Positions 37,725 through 48,739 of a DNA stretch of 64,000 nucleotides are shown one piece after another (position 1 is the stretch's first letter; each line of letters begins with the position of its first letter). The notes beneath the pieces are model-generated. The model was not told where the DNA came from, did no database searches, and saw nothing but the letters and a program-made list of their open reading frames with translations. Source of the stretch: Thiotrichales bacterium (GTDB lineage: Bacteria > Pseudomonadota > Gammaproteobacteria > Francisellales > CACEW01). Location: NCBI GenBank assembly GCA_947476405.1, contig CANJQG010000003.1, forward strand, positions 4-64,003, read 5' to 3'. The position numbers and the translations under genes were made by a program.

Positions 37725-39693
37725 ACTCATCGCCCCCTACCTCCCCGCCGGAGACCAACCGAGCGCGATCAAACAACTGACCGAAGGCCTAGAAAATGGG
37801 CTCATGCACCAGACTTTGTTGGGCGTGACGGGTTCAGGCAAAACCTTTACCGCCGCGAGCGTCATTGAAAACGTACAGCGTCCCACCCTGATTTTGGTGC
37901 ATAATAAAACCTTAGCTGCACAATTTTATGGGGAAATGAAAGCTTTTTTCCCCCACAATCATGTGGAATATTTTGTTTCATACTATGATTATTATCAGCC
38001 TGAAGCCTATGTCCCAGCTTCTGATTTGTATATTGAAAAAGATTCTGCGATCAATGAACATATCGAGCAAATGCGTCTCTCCGCAACCAAAGCCCTGATG
38101 GAATATCCCGATACCATTATTGTTGCAACCGTTTCCGCCATTTATGGATTGGGAGACCCTGAATCTTACCTCAAAATGGTTCTGCATTTGCAACGCGGAC
38201 AAACGATCAAGCGCGATGAAATCATTCGCCGCCTGGTCGAATTACAATATATGCGCAATGATGTCGTTTTAGAACGTGGGAATTACCGTGTACGCGGTGA
38301 AATTATTGATGTTTTTCCGGCAGATTCCGCGGTAGATGCCATTCGCATCAGCTTATTTGATGATGAAATTGAGTCCCTCAAGCTCTTTGACCCACTTACA
38401 GGCAAAGTCATTCACGAACTCCCGCGCCTCACGATTTATCCCAAAAGCCACTTTGTGACCCCACGTGAAATTACACTCGGCATGCTCGATCAAATGAAAA
38501 TAGATCTTGCAGATCGCTTGACTGAATTTGAGCGCGAACACAAACTGGTTGAGGCGCAACGTCTTCGCCAACGCACGATGTATGATATTGAAATGATCGT
38601 TGAAATCGGCTATTGCAAAGGGATTGAAAATTACTCACGCTACCTCTCAGGGCGAGCGCCCGGTGAGCCACCTCCCACATTGATTGAATATTTGCCCAAA
38701 AATGCCCTCCTCATGATTGATGAATCACATGTCACAATTCCACAATTGGGGGCCATGTATAAAGGCGATCGCGCTCGCAAGGAAAACCTGGTTAATTTTG
38801 GTTTTCGCCTGCCCGTAGCGCTCGATAATCGCCCCTTACAGTTTGAAGAATTTCAAACCCTGACCCCCCAGGCTATTTATATTTCAGCCACACCGGGCGA
38901 TTATGAGTTGGCCAAAAGTGGTTCGGATATCGCTGAACAGGTCGTCCGGCCTACGGGCTTGATTGATCCAGAAATTGAGATCCGCCCTGTTGCAAGCCAG
39001 GTTGATGATGTGCTGTCGGAAATAAAACGCCGCCGAATCATTCAAGAACGCGTCTTAATCACTACACTGACCAAAAAAATGTCAGAAAATCTCACTGATT
39101 ACCTCAGCGAACAAGGCATTAAAGTTCGCTATCTTCATTCCGATATTGATACGGTTGAGCGAATTGAAATTCTGCGCGATTTTCGCCTGGGCACTTTCGA
39201 TGTCTTAGTAGGCATTAATTTATTAAGAGAAGGCCTAGACTTACCGGAAGTCTCTCTCGTCGCGATTTTTGATGCCGACAAACAAGGATTCTTGCGCTCC
39301 AGCCGTTCGTTAATTCAAACCATTGGCCGTGCAGCCCGAAATATTCACGGGAAAGCCATTCTTTATGCGGACTCGATTACTCCCGCCATGAAAATTGCCA
39401 TCGACGAAACGGACCGCCGTCGCGCCAAACAAATCGAACATAACCAAAAAAACGGCATTACGCCCAAAGGCATCGAGCGCGCCATTCACAATATTATGGA
39501 AGGCGCCCGTGCAACACCCGAGCTGACGCAAGATCTCAACACCACTGATTTAAGCTTACTCACGCCCGATCAAGTGGGCAAAAAAATCAAACAACTCGAA
39601 AAACAAATGCGCGATTATGCAAAAAATCTAGAATTTGAAAAAGCAGCCGCTCTACGCGATGAAGTACTGGCTTTAGAGCGTTATTTTAAATAG
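37717..39693 (+). CDS. uvrB: Excinuclease ABC subunit B
   Basis: GVTGSGKTF Walker A, helicase motifs and a C-terminal UVR domain ([12 protein letters not shown]). Confidence 0.97.
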   Translation: MFKLIAPYLPAGDQPSAIKQLTEGLENGLMHQTLLGVTGSGKTFTAASVIENVQRPTLILVHNKTLAAQFYGEMKAFFPHNHVEYFVSYYDYYQPEAYVPASDLYIEKDSAINEHIEQMRLSATKALMEYPDTIIVATVSAIYGLGDPESYLKMVLHLQRGQTIKRDEIIRRLVELQYMRNDVVLERGNYRVRGEIIDVFPADSAVDAIRISLFDDEIESLKLFDPLTGKVIHELPRLTIYPKSHFVTPREITLGMLDQMKIDLADRLTEFEREHKLVEAQRLRQRTMYDIEMIVEIGYCKGIENYSRYLSGRAPGEPPPTLIEYLPKNALLMIDESHVTIPQLGAMYKGDRARKENLVNFGFRLPVALDNRPLQFEEFQTLTPQAIYISATPGDYELAKSGSDIAEQVVRPTGLIDPEIEIRPVASQVDDVLSEIKRRRIIQERVLITTLTKKMSENLTDYLSEQGIKVRYLHSDIDTVERIEILRDFRLGTFDVLVGINLLREGLDLPEVSLVAIFDADKQGFLRSSRSLIQTIGRAARNIHGKAILYADSITPAMKIAIDETDRRRAKQIEHNQKNGITPKGIERAIHNIMEGARATPELTQDLNTTDLSLLTPDQVGKKIKQLEKQMRDYAKNLEFEKAAALRDEVLALERYFK

Positions 39694-40441
39694 CGCCGCG
39701 CTGACGGCCAACTTCGTATAAAGCAATTCCACACGCTACCGACACATTCAGACTTTCGGTCTGACCTTTCATTGGGATTTTTGCTAAATAATCACATCTC
39801 TCTTTGGTCAGCCGGCGCATGCCCTCGCCTTCATTCCCCATAATCAAAATCGTCGGCATGGTAAAATCAACATCCGTCAGTAGAAGATCAGACTCGCCTT
39901 CAAAACCCGTAATCCAAAACCCTTCTTCTTTTAATTCATCCAGACTTTGACTTAAATTGACTACGGTGACCAGAGGCAAAATTTGACTTGCACCTGATGA
40001 GGTTTTATGCACTGTCGCATTGACAGAAGCTGAGCGATCCTGAGGCAAAATGACTGCATCACAGCCCAATGCTTCCGCTGAACGCAAACACGCCCCTAAA
40101 TTATGAGGATCGGTAATCCCATCCAAAGCTAAAATTAATTTATTTTTATTCAACGAATAGGCAATCAGGTCTTTTACAGTCATGACTTCTGGTTGATTTT
40201 GACCCTCTTCTCGTGCAGTCAGCGCCACAATCCCTTGATGCCCTTTTCCATAAGGATCCAAATCGGCCCGCGCAACCACTCGAACGCTCACCCCTAAAGA
40301 TTTCGCCTTCTGAACAATCCGGGCCTGTTCAGAATCCTGACGATCTTTCAAAGTCAATAATTCTAAAATATGTTCGGGTTTACGTTCAATCAATGCTTTG
40401 ACTGCATGCAGTCCGTAAATACAATGCTTCATTTTTCTCAA
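39686..40441 (-). CDS. rlmB: 23S rRNA (guanosine2251-2-prime-O)-methyltransferase RlmB
   Basis: IYGLHAV N-terminal substrate-binding domain plus SpoU methylase motifs ([15 protein letters not shown]). Confidence 0.85.
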   Translation of the reverse strand: MRKMKHCIYGLHAVKALIERKPEHILELLTLKDRQDSEQARIVQKAKSLGVSVRVVARADLDPYGKGHQGIVALTAREEGQNQPEVMTVKDLIAYSLNKNKLILALDGITDPHNLGACLRSAEALGCDAVILPQDRSASVNATVHKTSSGASQILPLVTVVNLSQSLDELKEEGFWITGFEGESDLLLTDVDFTMPTILIMGNEGEGMRRLTKERCDYLAKIPMKGQTESLNVSVACGIALYEVGRQRGAI

Positions 40442-40480
40442 AGTTTTGTTATGATGGGCTGAGTATAAATTGATTTTGAA

Positions 40481-41125
40481 GTGAGCGCAACCATTAATCC
40501 GATTGAACTAGTCAACGAAAACGATCACCTCCAACTGATTAATCGTCTCGATCCCAAAATGACGCCGCTTGCCATTGATTTTTTATCCTACTATCACGAT
40601 ATGACTTTAGGACAAGGTGGGCGTCGCCTACTTCTTAAAGCACTGGGTGTAAAAGACAAAGTCCGCATGCATGTTCTGGATGCCACAGCGGGGTTAGGAC
40701 GCGATGCGTTTTTCATGGCAAAATTTGGCCTCGATGTCACCATGATTGAGCGCTCCCCTTTATTGGCTCAATTGCTGAACAATGCTTTAAAACATAATGC
40801 CACCACGATTAAACGCCTCAAACTGCTTAGCGGCGATGCGCTCAAATTGATTCCCACCCTGGCACCCTTTGAAGTCATTTATTTAGACCCCATGTTTCCT
40901 CAAAAAAAATCGAAAGCCAAAGTGAAAAAAGATCTCCAAATTCTGCAAATTCTGCATCAAGATGAGCCTCAGGACAGCACAGAGCTTCTTAAAATTGCGT
41001 TAAAACATACCAAAAATCGTGTCGTTGTCAAACGCCCCATCAATGCACCCTTTTTAGACTTTATTCAACCACAGTGGTCATTACGCGGCACCACCATTCG
41101 CTTTGACGTCTATGTATCACGCTAA
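40481..41125 (+). CDS. rsmJ: 16S rRNA (guanine1516-N2)-methyltransferase RsmJ
   Basis: VLDATAGLGRDAF SAM-binding motif and YLDPMFP. GTG start. Confidence 0.75.
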   Translation: MSATINPIELVNENDHLQLINRLDPKMTPLAIDFLSYYHDMTLGQGGRRLLLKALGVKDKVRMHVLDATAGLGRDAFFMAKFGLDVTMIERSPLLAQLLNNALKHNATTIKRLKLLSGDALKLIPTLAPFEVIYLDPMFPQKKSKAKVKKDLQILQILHQDEPQDSTELLKIALKHTKNRVVVKRPINAPFLDFIQPQWSLRGTTIRFDVYVSR

Positions 41126-41129
41126 AAAA

Positions 41130-41675
41130 CTAAATCCTTTCTGGATCAAAAATCGCATCTAAATTATATTCATCACAGAGAATCATAAAGTTTTCACGCA
41201 ACTCAGATAGATTGAGATCCAGGGGAATCCAAACCGTCAAGCGCGTAAGCTGCAAAGGAACCTGGGTTGTAGGCTGCAGATACGTCTGAGTCCGCATATT
41301 TTTAATCTTCACGCCTTTCACATTAAAAAATTGGCTAAACACTAAAATTAAATCTGCCTTGACTAAAGATACCACCTCTACTTGATAGGGCAGATAATTG
41401 GAGAGCGTATTTTCAAATGAACGACGCATCCAATGCAAACTGCCCTGCTCGGCGGACTGTGCCTCGATGTGTTTTAGTGCAATCTCAAGCTTGGCACTTT
41501 GATGCCAACTCCCTCTCAGCTCAATCTGAAAATGAAAAGCCTCGCCTTTTTCGCTTAATTCCGCTTGAATCACAGACAAACCCGCTTGAACAGCCTCATC
41601 TAAAACAAATTGCCACAAGGCAAGATCAGGGCAACAAGCCCCAATCACCACGATTAACTCTTGTTTCTTTAACAT
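41130..41675 (-). CDS. GcvR-like tandem ACT-domain protein
   Basis: About 180 aa with a two-ACT-like layout. Assigned from weak similarity only. Confidence 0.4.
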   Translation of the reverse strand: MLKKQELIVVIGACCPDLALWQFVLDEAVQAGLSVIQAELSEKGEAFHFQIELRGSWHQSAKLEIALKHIEAQSAEQGSLHWMRRSFENTLSNYLPYQVEVVSLVKADLILVFSQFFNVKGVKIKNMRTQTYLQPTTQVPLQLTRLTVWIPLDLNLSELRENFMILCDEYNLDAIFDPERI

Positions 41676-43069
41676 CAGAAATCCACTTTCAAGTCAGGTT
41701 TATACTGCAACATCAGGCTTTTAAATTGCGCCATGATTTTTTGAAGGGTCGCCGTATCTTTCGCCTCAAAACGCAAAGTCAACATAGGCGTGGTATTGGA
41801 ACAACGCACCAAGCCCCAACCATCCGAAAATTCAACCCGTAAGCCATCCATCGTAATGATTTTCGCATCGGGGAAATTAATATGCTGCTTTAAAGTTTCG
41901 AGATAGGCATATTTTTCAGCATCGGGAATCATGACATTCAACTCAGGCGTACTGATGCTATCTGGAATCGTTGCAAAAATTTCATCGAGATTTTGATCGC
42001 TTTCAGACAAAATCTCGAGCAAGCACATACCCGAATAAATGCCGTCATCAAAGCCATACCAGCTCTCGCGGAAAAAAATATGCCCACTCATTTCGCCTGC
42101 CAGAATCGCATCTTCTTCTAGCATTTTTTTCTTAATCAGCGAATGCCCCGTTTTGTACAGGATGGGAATTCCACCCGCGTCTGCAATCACTTCTCCCAAA
42201 AGCTTAGAACACTTGACATCAAAAACCACCTTACGGCCGGGATTACGCTTTAAGGCCGCACGTGCAAAGAGCATCAATTGGCGATCGGGATAAATCATTT
42301 TTCCACTCGGAGTAATCACACCTAAGCGATCAGCATCCCCATCAAAAGCCAAACCGACATCTGCTTTTAATGCTTTGACTTTCGAAATCAATACTTCTAG
42401 ATTTTCAGGCTTGCTGGGATCCGGATGATGATTGGGGAAATGTCCATCGACCTCACAAAACAAGGGCGTCACATCACAGCCCATTTTTGCATAAAGTTCC
42501 GGTGCGACGACCGCACCCATGCCGTTTCCAGCATCAATCACCACTTTTAATTTTTTGTTAAAATGAAAGCGTTTACTGACATCGGCAATATAATCTTGAA
42601 CAATCTGCGTATACGCCACTTCTTGACCCTTTCCTGTCACACTATTTCGGGCTTGAATTCGGCGCAGCAATCCTTGCACTTGATCTTCAGTGAGCGTCTT
42701 TCCTGCAATGACCGTTTTAATACCATTATCATCTCGTGGATTATGACTTCCTGTCAGCATGACACCTGAACGGGAAGACAAAGTGTGGGTTGCAAAATAC
42801 AATAAGGGACTCGGCACAATGCCAATATCAATCAAATCACAGCCCGTTGCCAACAAGCCTGCTTTCAAAGCCGCAAACAAAATGGGGCCAGACAAACGCC
42901 CATCCCGCGCGACAATGATTGTTTTTTCACCCTGAGATAAAGCCTCAGCACCTAAAGCCAGCCCAATATCATGGACCAAATCCGCCGTTAAATCAGTCAA
43001 CGTATTGCCTCGAATATCATAAGTTCGAAACACATGCGTCGGAATTTTATCCAAAGCTAAACGAAACAT
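41675..43069 (-). CDS. algC: Phosphomannomutase / phosphoglucomutase
   Basis: Active-site TGSHNP, metal loop FDGDADR and sugar-binding GEMSGH. Confidence 0.9.
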   Translation of the reverse strand: MFRLALDKIPTHVFRTYDIRGNTLTDLTADLVHDIGLALGAEALSQGEKTIIVARDGRLSGPILFAALKAGLLATGCDLIDIGIVPSPLLYFATHTLSSRSGVMLTGSHNPRDDNGIKTVIAGKTLTEDQVQGLLRRIQARNSVTGKGQEVAYTQIVQDYIADVSKRFHFNKKLKVVIDAGNGMGAVVAPELYAKMGCDVTPLFCEVDGHFPNHHPDPSKPENLEVLISKVKALKADVGLAFDGDADRLGVITPSGKMIYPDRQLMLFARAALKRNPGRKVVFDVKCSKLLGEVIADAGGIPILYKTGHSLIKKKMLEEDAILAGEMSGHIFFRESWYGFDDGIYSGMCLLEILSESDQNLDEIFATIPDSISTPELNVMIPDAEKYAYLETLKQHINFPDAKIITMDGLRVEFSDGWGLVRCSNTTPMLTLRFEAKDTATLQKIMAQFKSLMLQYKPDLKVDF

Positions 43070-43078
43070 CTCACCCTC

Positions 43079-43540
43079 CTAAGCTTTACCGGTTGAGCCA
43101 AATCCTTGCGCCTCACGTTTTGAGGCATTAAATTCAGTCACTTGTTTAAATGCGACTTGCAAAACCGGCACAATAATTAATTGCGCAATTCGCTCCCCAC
43201 GGGTGATTGTATAGGCATTTTGACTACGATTCCAGCACGAGATCATTAATTCACCCTGATAGTCAGAATCAATCAATCCCACCAAATTCCCCAAGACCAA
43301 GCCATGCTTATGCCCTAAGCCTGAACGTGGCAAAATCATCGCCGCATACCCCGCATCCGCTAAATGCATCGCAAGGCCCGTGGGGATCAAATGCGTTTCA
43401 CCTGGCTGAATCGTCAGGCTATCCGTCAAAGCAGCGCGCAAATCCAAGCCCGCCGAGCCCTCTGTTGCATAAGCCGGCAAGGGAAATTCCTGATAAAAAT
43501 CAGCGTTTACTATTTTAAGTTCTACGGTTGTATTGATCAT
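43079..43540 (-). CDS. dut: dUTP diphosphatase
   Basis: [27 protein letters not shown] and C-terminal RGFGSTG-like motifs. Confidence 0.95.
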   Translation of the reverse strand: MINTTVELKIVNADFYQEFPLPAYATEGSAGLDLRAALTDSLTIQPGETHLIPTGLAMHLADAGYAAMILPRSGLGHKHGLVLGNLVGLIDSDYQGELMISCWNRSQNAYTITRGERIAQLIIVPVLQVAFKQVTEFNASKREAQGFGSTGKA

Positions 43541-45516
43541 GACTTTACCTCCATTCCTGAACTTCTTAACAAGGCGTCCACCGTCGGCAAACGCCCTCTA
43601 AATTTGACAAACACATCCATCGCATCAACTGCCCCCCCCAAGGCTAAAACCGTTTCACGAAACAGCAAGCCCAATTCCCGAGAATAGACTCCTTCTTCTT
43701 CAAAACGGCTAAAAGCATCACAAGATAAAACTTCTGCCCATTTATAACTGTAATAGCCAGCCGAATAACCTCCCGCAAAAATATGACCAAAACTATGAAC
43801 AAAGCGATTGTAATCAGGAACGAGCAGAATGGCTGTTTTTTGACGCACTGTTTTTAACAGATCGAGAATATCTGACGCGCTATTTAAATGCAGGGTTTCA
43901 TGGAGACGCAAATCAAAAATAGCGAATTCTAATTGACGCAGCATGTGCAAGGGCGCTTGAAAATGGCGGCTTTTTAATAATTGATCCCTCAAATCAGCAG
44001 GCAAATCATGCAGAACGTCTTTCTGCCAGGCAAAATTTTCCATAAACTGACTGGGTAATTCAACCGCATCCCAAGCGACTCCGCTGATTCCAGCAACATC
44101 TGGCTCATCCACCCGCGTTAGAATATGCTGTAAAACATGGCCCATTTCGTGAAACAGCGTAATCAGATCATCATGGGTTAAACAAGGCTCCAACCCCTCT
44201 CCTGCCGACAAAAAATTAGCCGTCAAAAAAGCAATGGGATCTTGCTGGCGCCCGCCTTTAAAGACACGCCCCTGACAATCATCCATCCAGGCACCTGAAC
44301 GCTTCTGCGGACGCGCATACAAGTCAAAATAAATCCCACCTCGCAATTGATTACTTTCATCATACACTTCAAAAAACTGCACATCCGGATGCCAGGCCTC
44401 CACTTTCACTTCCTGATAACGCAGGCCAAAAACGCGCTGCAATAATTCAAAAAAGCGATTCAATACTTTCGAAATGGGAAAATAGGGCCGCAGCTCTTCT
44501 TCTGAAAAGCCGAACATCTCTTGCTTCAAAAGCTCAGAATAATACGGCACATCATAGGATTCTAACTGACCTGCAAAACCTTTCTGTTTGGCGAATGCCG
44601 TCAGGTTTTTAATTTCAGCCTCGGCATAAGGCCGACTCTTCACACAGAGATCTTCTAAAAAAGTGAAAACCGCTTCTACAGAAGGGGCCATTTTATTCGC
44701 CAGCGAATAATGCGCATAATCTTTAAAACCCAATAAAGAAGCCTGCTTTTGCTTGAGGTTCACAATTTTAACCATGATCTCTGAATTATCAAAACCCGCC
44801 TCGCCCAGATCAGACGCACGCGTCACATAAGCCTGATAAAAACGCTGACGCACAGCGCGATTTTCTGCATAATTCATTAAGACGACATAGGTGGGCGCAT
44901 CGATGCCAAACACATAGCCTTTCAGCCCCTTTTGCGCGGCCTTGCTTGCAGCATGCGCCAGGATATGCCCTGGAATGCCTGACAATTCAGCAGAGTCCTC
45001 AATATGAGCACTCCAAGCATCCGTTGCATCCATGACATGCTGATCAAATTGCGTAGAAAGTTCGGACAGCTCTGTTTCAATCTCCTTATACGTCAACTGA
45101 TCGGCATCATTTAAGGCCACCCCCGCCAAGCGAAAATCACGGAGTGCATGCTCAACAACCTTTTGCTGGGCTGCAGTTAGGCTTATCAATTCAGGAGAAG
45201 CGGCGATTTTTTCATAGATTTGATACAAAGCGCGATCCTGCCCCATTTCAACCTGATAAATAGTCAGCTGAGCAATCCCCGCCTCATACACCTCACGCAA
45301 TTCAGGGGTGTTTTTAACCGCATTCAAGTGACTGATAGGAGACCAAAAACGACCTAATTCATCATGAAATAATGCCAGCGGCTCGACGACATTCATGTAA
45401 TGAGGGCAAGATTGCGATTTGACCTCAATCAATAACTGACGCCCTCGATTTAAAAGTGCTTCCAAATTTGGATTCACTTGAGATAAATCAAAGTTAAAAT
45501 CAACATTCACCTTCAT
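43537..45516 (-). CDS. prlC: Oligopeptidase A (M3 family)
   Basis: HEMGH zinc motif ([11 protein letters not shown]), about 660 aa. Confidence 0.9.
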   Translation of the reverse strand: MKVNVDFNFDLSQVNPNLEALLNRGRQLLIEVKSQSCPHYMNVVEPLALFHDELGRFWSPISHLNAVKNTPELREVYEAGIAQLTIYQVEMGQDRALYQIYEKIAASPELISLTAAQQKVVEHALRDFRLAGVALNDADQLTYKEIETELSELSTQFDQHVMDATDAWSAHIEDSAELSGIPGHILAHAASKAAQKGLKGYVFGIDAPTYVVLMNYAENRAVRQRFYQAYVTRASDLGEAGFDNSEIMVKIVNLKQKQASLLGFKDYAHYSLANKMAPSVEAVFTFLEDLCVKSRPYAEAEIKNLTAFAKQKGFAGQLESYDVPYYSELLKQEMFGFSEEELRPYFPISKVLNRFFELLQRVFGLRYQEVKVEAWHPDVQFFEVYDESNQLRGGIYFDLYARPQKRSGAWMDDCQGRVFKGGRQQDPIAFLTANFLSAGEGLEPCLTHDDLITLFHEMGHVLQHILTRVDEPDVAGISGVAWDAVELPSQFMENFAWQKDVLHDLPADLRDQLLKSRHFQAPLHMLRQLEFAIFDLRLHETLHLNSASDILDLLKTVRQKTAILLVPDYNRFVHSFGHIFAGGYSAGYYSYKWAEVLSCDAFSRFEEEGVYSRELGLLFRETVLALGGAVDAMDVFVKFRGRLPTVDALLRSSGMEVKS

Positions 45517-45587
45517 GACACGCCCCTCAGCTAATAAATCAAGTCATGATAAGCTTTATTCAAAATCTGTCAACAAGGACAATGGAC

Positions 45588-45617
45588 TTGCAAGCATCAA
45601 AGAAATACTATTATAAT
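45588..45617 (+). promoter_or_regulatory. Sigma70-like promoter
   Basis: TTGCAA, an 18-nt spacer, then TATAAT, located 18 nt upstream of the ATG at 45635. Confidence 0.4.
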
Positions 45618-45634
45618 TCGCCAATGCTAACAAA

Positions 45635-46030
45635 ATGGATACAAATATCATGCTCATGAAAGCTGAAGAAGAAGAAAAATATACTGAAATAAAAATCACC
45701 CAAGGCCTAAGAAAAAGCAAAAAAGACCTGAAAAAATATCTTGGACGTCGCACTGGGAGCAAGATATTTAATCAGTATGGACAGCAGCCCAAGGAGATCA
45801 TCACTCTGATCGATATCCTCTTGAGCGAGATAAAAAAAGAAAGCTGGCGATGCCTCCCCCCCTCATACTGGGCGCTGCTCACTCTTATCACAACCACCAT
45901 AGAAAAGGGTGTAGAATTCTGGAAAATTGAAAAAGCCGCTCCAGATGATATCCTCTCCGCACTCTTAACCTGGAAACCAGGAGAGGGTGAAGCGAGTGAA
46001 GCATGCGCAAGCACACCGAGCCGAAAATGA
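45635..46030 (+). CDS. Hypothetical protein
   Basis: ORF only. Charged N-terminus, Glu-rich C-terminal tail, no motif recognised. Confidence 0.4.
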   Translation: MDTNIMLMKAEEEEKYTEIKITQGLRKSKKDLKKYLGRRTGSKIFNQYGQQPKEIITLIDILLSEIKKESWRCLPPSYWALLTLITTTIEKGVEFWKIEKAAPDDILSALLTWKPGEGEASEACASTPSRK

Positions 46031-46096
46031 TAATCAACCGGGTACGACACTTAAAAGTACGTGACAAGCCGCCTATATTCTTGCTATAATGAACCC

Positions 46097-46405
46097 ATGA
46101 AGATAGAAAAACCTAATTTAAAACCCACCATCCAACTGGCTCAAACAGATTGGCAAACGATGGAGCGCGATGTCTCCTTGGCGCATGAAGTCATCACTCG
46201 GCATCATGATGCTGATGAAGGCCCGATGTCGGTTTATCTCCAGGAAGCCACGATCTCCCTTGAAGGCAGCATTAACATCAAACAGGCGGGCTGGGTTGTA
46301 GAGCTACAGGAACAATACGAAATACAATATGGCGAAGAAAAAGGTGATGAAGTACTCAAGCGAGTCTTGACTGCACTTCTCACTCACGGGACAACCATTC
46401 ATTAA
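46097..46405 (+). CDS. Hypothetical protein
   Basis: ORF only. Its stop lies 1 nt before the trmB ATG, so co-transcription is likely. Confidence 0.4.
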   Translation: MKIEKPNLKPTIQLAQTDWQTMERDVSLAHEVITRHHDADEGPMSVYLQEATISLEGSINIKQAGWVVELQEQYEIQYGEEKGDEVLKRVLTALLTHGTTIH

Positions 46406-46406
46406 A

Positions 46407-47096
46407 ATGCATTTACGACAAATCAAAAGTTTTGCACTTCGACAAGGTCGCATGACCCGAGCCCAAAAAGAAGCGATGGATTTGCTTTGGCCACAATTTA
46501 GCATTGACTCCAAAACTCAAAATTTTGCAGACACCCTCAGCCTGTATTCTGAAATTGTTCTGGAAATTGGTTTTGGCATGGGCGATGCACTGCTCGCCAT
46601 GGCACAAGCAGAACCCCATAAACTCTTTATTGGTATTGAAGTCCATGGTCCGGGTGTCGGCCGTCTCTTACACTTGATTGGAGAACATCAAGTTCAAAAT
46701 ATTCGGGTCATCCAATGCGATGCAATGACTGTTTTACAGGATTTTTTCCCTGCTGATTCACTCAATCAAGTCCATTTGTTTTTCCCTGATCCCTGGCCCA
46801 AAAAACGGCATTTTAAACGCCGAATTGTCCAAACTGAATTTGCCAATCTCATCGCACAAAAATTAAAGCTTTATGGCATTTTTCACCTGGCCACAGATTG
46901 GAAGGATTACGCACAGCACATGATGAAAACACTTTCAAACGCTCCTTCTTTTATCAATCTAGCGGGGATCAATCAGTATGCAGACCGCACAGGGCGCCCC
47001 CTCACTAAATTTGAAAATCGAGGCATCCAATTAGGACATGAAATTTTTGATCTACGCTTTCAAAAAAATAGCTTTACAACTCCCTCTAAAATCTGA
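46407..47096 (+). CDS. trmB: tRNA (guanine46-N7)-methyltransferase TrmB
   Basis: SFALRQGRMTRAQ, LEIGFGMG and FFPDPWPKKRH motifs. Confidence 0.92.
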   Translation: MHLRQIKSFALRQGRMTRAQKEAMDLLWPQFSIDSKTQNFADTLSLYSEIVLEIGFGMGDALLAMAQAEPHKLFIGIEVHGPGVGRLLHLIGEHQVQNIRVIQCDAMTVLQDFFPADSLNQVHLFFPDPWPKKRHFKRRIVQTEFANLIAQKLKLYGIFHLATDWKDYAQHMMKTLSNAPSFINLAGINQYADRTGRPLTKFENRGIQLGHEIFDLRFQKNSFTTPSKI

Positions 47097-47183
47097 TAGA
47101 ATCCCCGGGCTCTCCTTGCCTCAGCCCTTCGATGGGTCGTATCAAGAAGGCTTAAATAACCATTTAATCCATAAGGAGTTAAC

Positions 47184-47528
47184 ATGAAACACTACGAAGT
47201 GGTCCTGATGCTTCATCCTGACCAAAGCGAACAGGCAACAGCGATTGTTGGTCGCTATGTCGAGATGATCAAGGCCAAAGGCGGTCAAATTCATCGCCAA
47301 GAAGACTGGGGCCGTAAATCTCTAGCTTACCCAATCAACAAATTACACAAAGCACATTATGCCGTGCTCAATATCGAATTAAACCCAACTGATTTGAAAG
47401 AATTAACGGACGGCTTTCGTTTCAATGATTTTGTGCTGCGTTACCTCGTCAGCAATATGGATGAAGCGGTCACCGCGCCTTCTGTTATGCTGGAACCCCG
47501 CAAAATCAACGAACATCAAGACAACTAG
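47184..47528 (+). CDS. rpsF: 30S ribosomal protein S6
   Basis: MKHYEVVLMLHPDQSEQ start, with AAGGAG upstream. Confidence 0.97.
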   Translation: MKHYEVVLMLHPDQSEQATAIVGRYVEMIKAKGGQIHRQEDWGRKSLAYPINKLHKAHYAVLNIELNPTDLKELTDGFRFNDFVLRYLVSNMDEAVTAPSVMLEPRKINEHQDN

Positions 47529-47537
47529 GAGAATAGA

Positions 47538-47756
47538 ATGAGTGGACGTAGAAAAGCCTGTCGTTTTTCCTCTGAAAACGGCTTGAAAATTGATTATAAA
47601 GATATTCCTTTATTAAAAGAATACATTGCAGAAAACGGTAAGATTGTTCCCAGCCGCATCACAGGTACTGCTGCGAAATATCAGCGCAAGCTGGCTGCAG
47701 CTATTAAAGTAGCACGCTTTTTGGCATTATTGCCTTATTGCGATCGTCATAAATAA
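47538..47756 (+). CDS. rpsR: 30S ribosomal protein S18
   Basis: [27 protein letters not shown]. Confidence 0.97.
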   Translation: MSGRRKACRFSSENGLKIDYKDIPLLKEYIAENGKIVPSRITGTAAKYQRKLAAAIKVARFLALLPYCDRHK

Positions 47757-47768
47757 GAGGACCCTATC

Positions 47769-48215
47769 ATGCAAGTTATTTTACGTGAAAAAATTAGAAA
47801 ACTCGGCAACCTAGGCGAGCTTGTTAATGTTAAACCGGGTTATGCGCGCAATTTCCTCATTCCTGGCAAAAAAGGAATGATGGCAACCAAAGCAAACCTG
47901 GCTCGCTTTGAAGCAGAAAGAGCGGAACTTGAGCGCCTTGCTCAAGAAACCCTAGACGGCGCTCAAACACGCTCTAATCAGCTCCAAGCATTAGTCATTA
48001 GCCTAAGCGCAAGCGCGGGCGAAGGTGGAAAACTCTTTGGTTCGATTGGAACACGTGATATTGCAGACGCTATCACCAAAGCAGGCGTTGAAGTGCACAA
48101 ACATGAAATCAGAATGCCCAATGGTGTGATTCGCCAAACTGGCGAGTATGAAATCAGCGTGCATTTGCATACGGATATCGACACACCCATCAAAATCAGC
48201 ATCACTGCTGAGTAA
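47769..48215 (+). CDS. rplI: 50S ribosomal protein L9
   Basis: MQVILREKIRKLGNLGELVNVKPGYARNFLIP. Confidence 0.97.
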   Translation: MQVILREKIRKLGNLGELVNVKPGYARNFLIPGKKGMMATKANLARFEAERAELERLAQETLDGAQTRSNQLQALVISLSASAGEGGKLFGSIGTRDIADAITKAGVEVHKHEIRMPNGVIRQTGEYEISVHLHTDIDTPIKISITAE

Positions 48216-48239
48216 CGTCTACCCCCAGGGATAGACAAA

Positions 48240-48281
48240 GGCCCTCTTGAAGCGCTGCGCTTTAAAGAGGGCCTTTTTTTT
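48240..48281 (+). terminator. Rho-independent terminator of the rpsF-rpsR-rplI operon
   Basis: Long hairpin GGCCCTCTTGAAGCG...CGCTTTAAAGAGGGCC followed by eight T residues. Confidence 0.85.
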
Positions 48282-48739
48282 GGAAAATATTTCAGAAAAA
48301 AACAAGGCTATGATAGGATGCTTTTTCTTATTTTTAGATCACCTATCACAACCCTTCTCGCTAGGAGAAAAATGGAGACACTCTTGTCTCCGAGGTCCAG
48401 TATAACCCAGACATTTTAAAAATCTAAAGTTTTTTCATAATATTTTGTTACATTCAAATGATAAGAACCTTACGAAGATCAAATAAGGCGCAGCATCATA
48501 TCGCAATTTCAGTCTTAAAATATAGATTTTCAATGACAGTTATGAAATCACAAGATTTAGGGATTTTTTAGATATTGAAATACCAGACTTGCCTATTTGT
48601 AGCATTTGCAAGATCCATTTAATTTTGCCAAAAAATAAAAATTAATATATAAAATACAAACCCACTCACCCTAAATAAAACTGACACAAATCGTATATTT
48701 AAAGACTTTGGGCTTGTTTTAGGACGCCCAAGTGCACAT

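Noticed and set aside
47097-47183. Possible S6:S18-binding rpsF leader RNA (hairpin GGGCT...AGCCC upstream of rpsF).
   Set aside because: Plausible by position, but I cannot verify the covariation model by eye. It needs an Rfam/Infernal scan.
47529-47537. Absence of priB between rpsF and rpsR.
   Set aside because: priB at this position is characteristic of enterics and some relatives only. Its absence is common and not anomalous.
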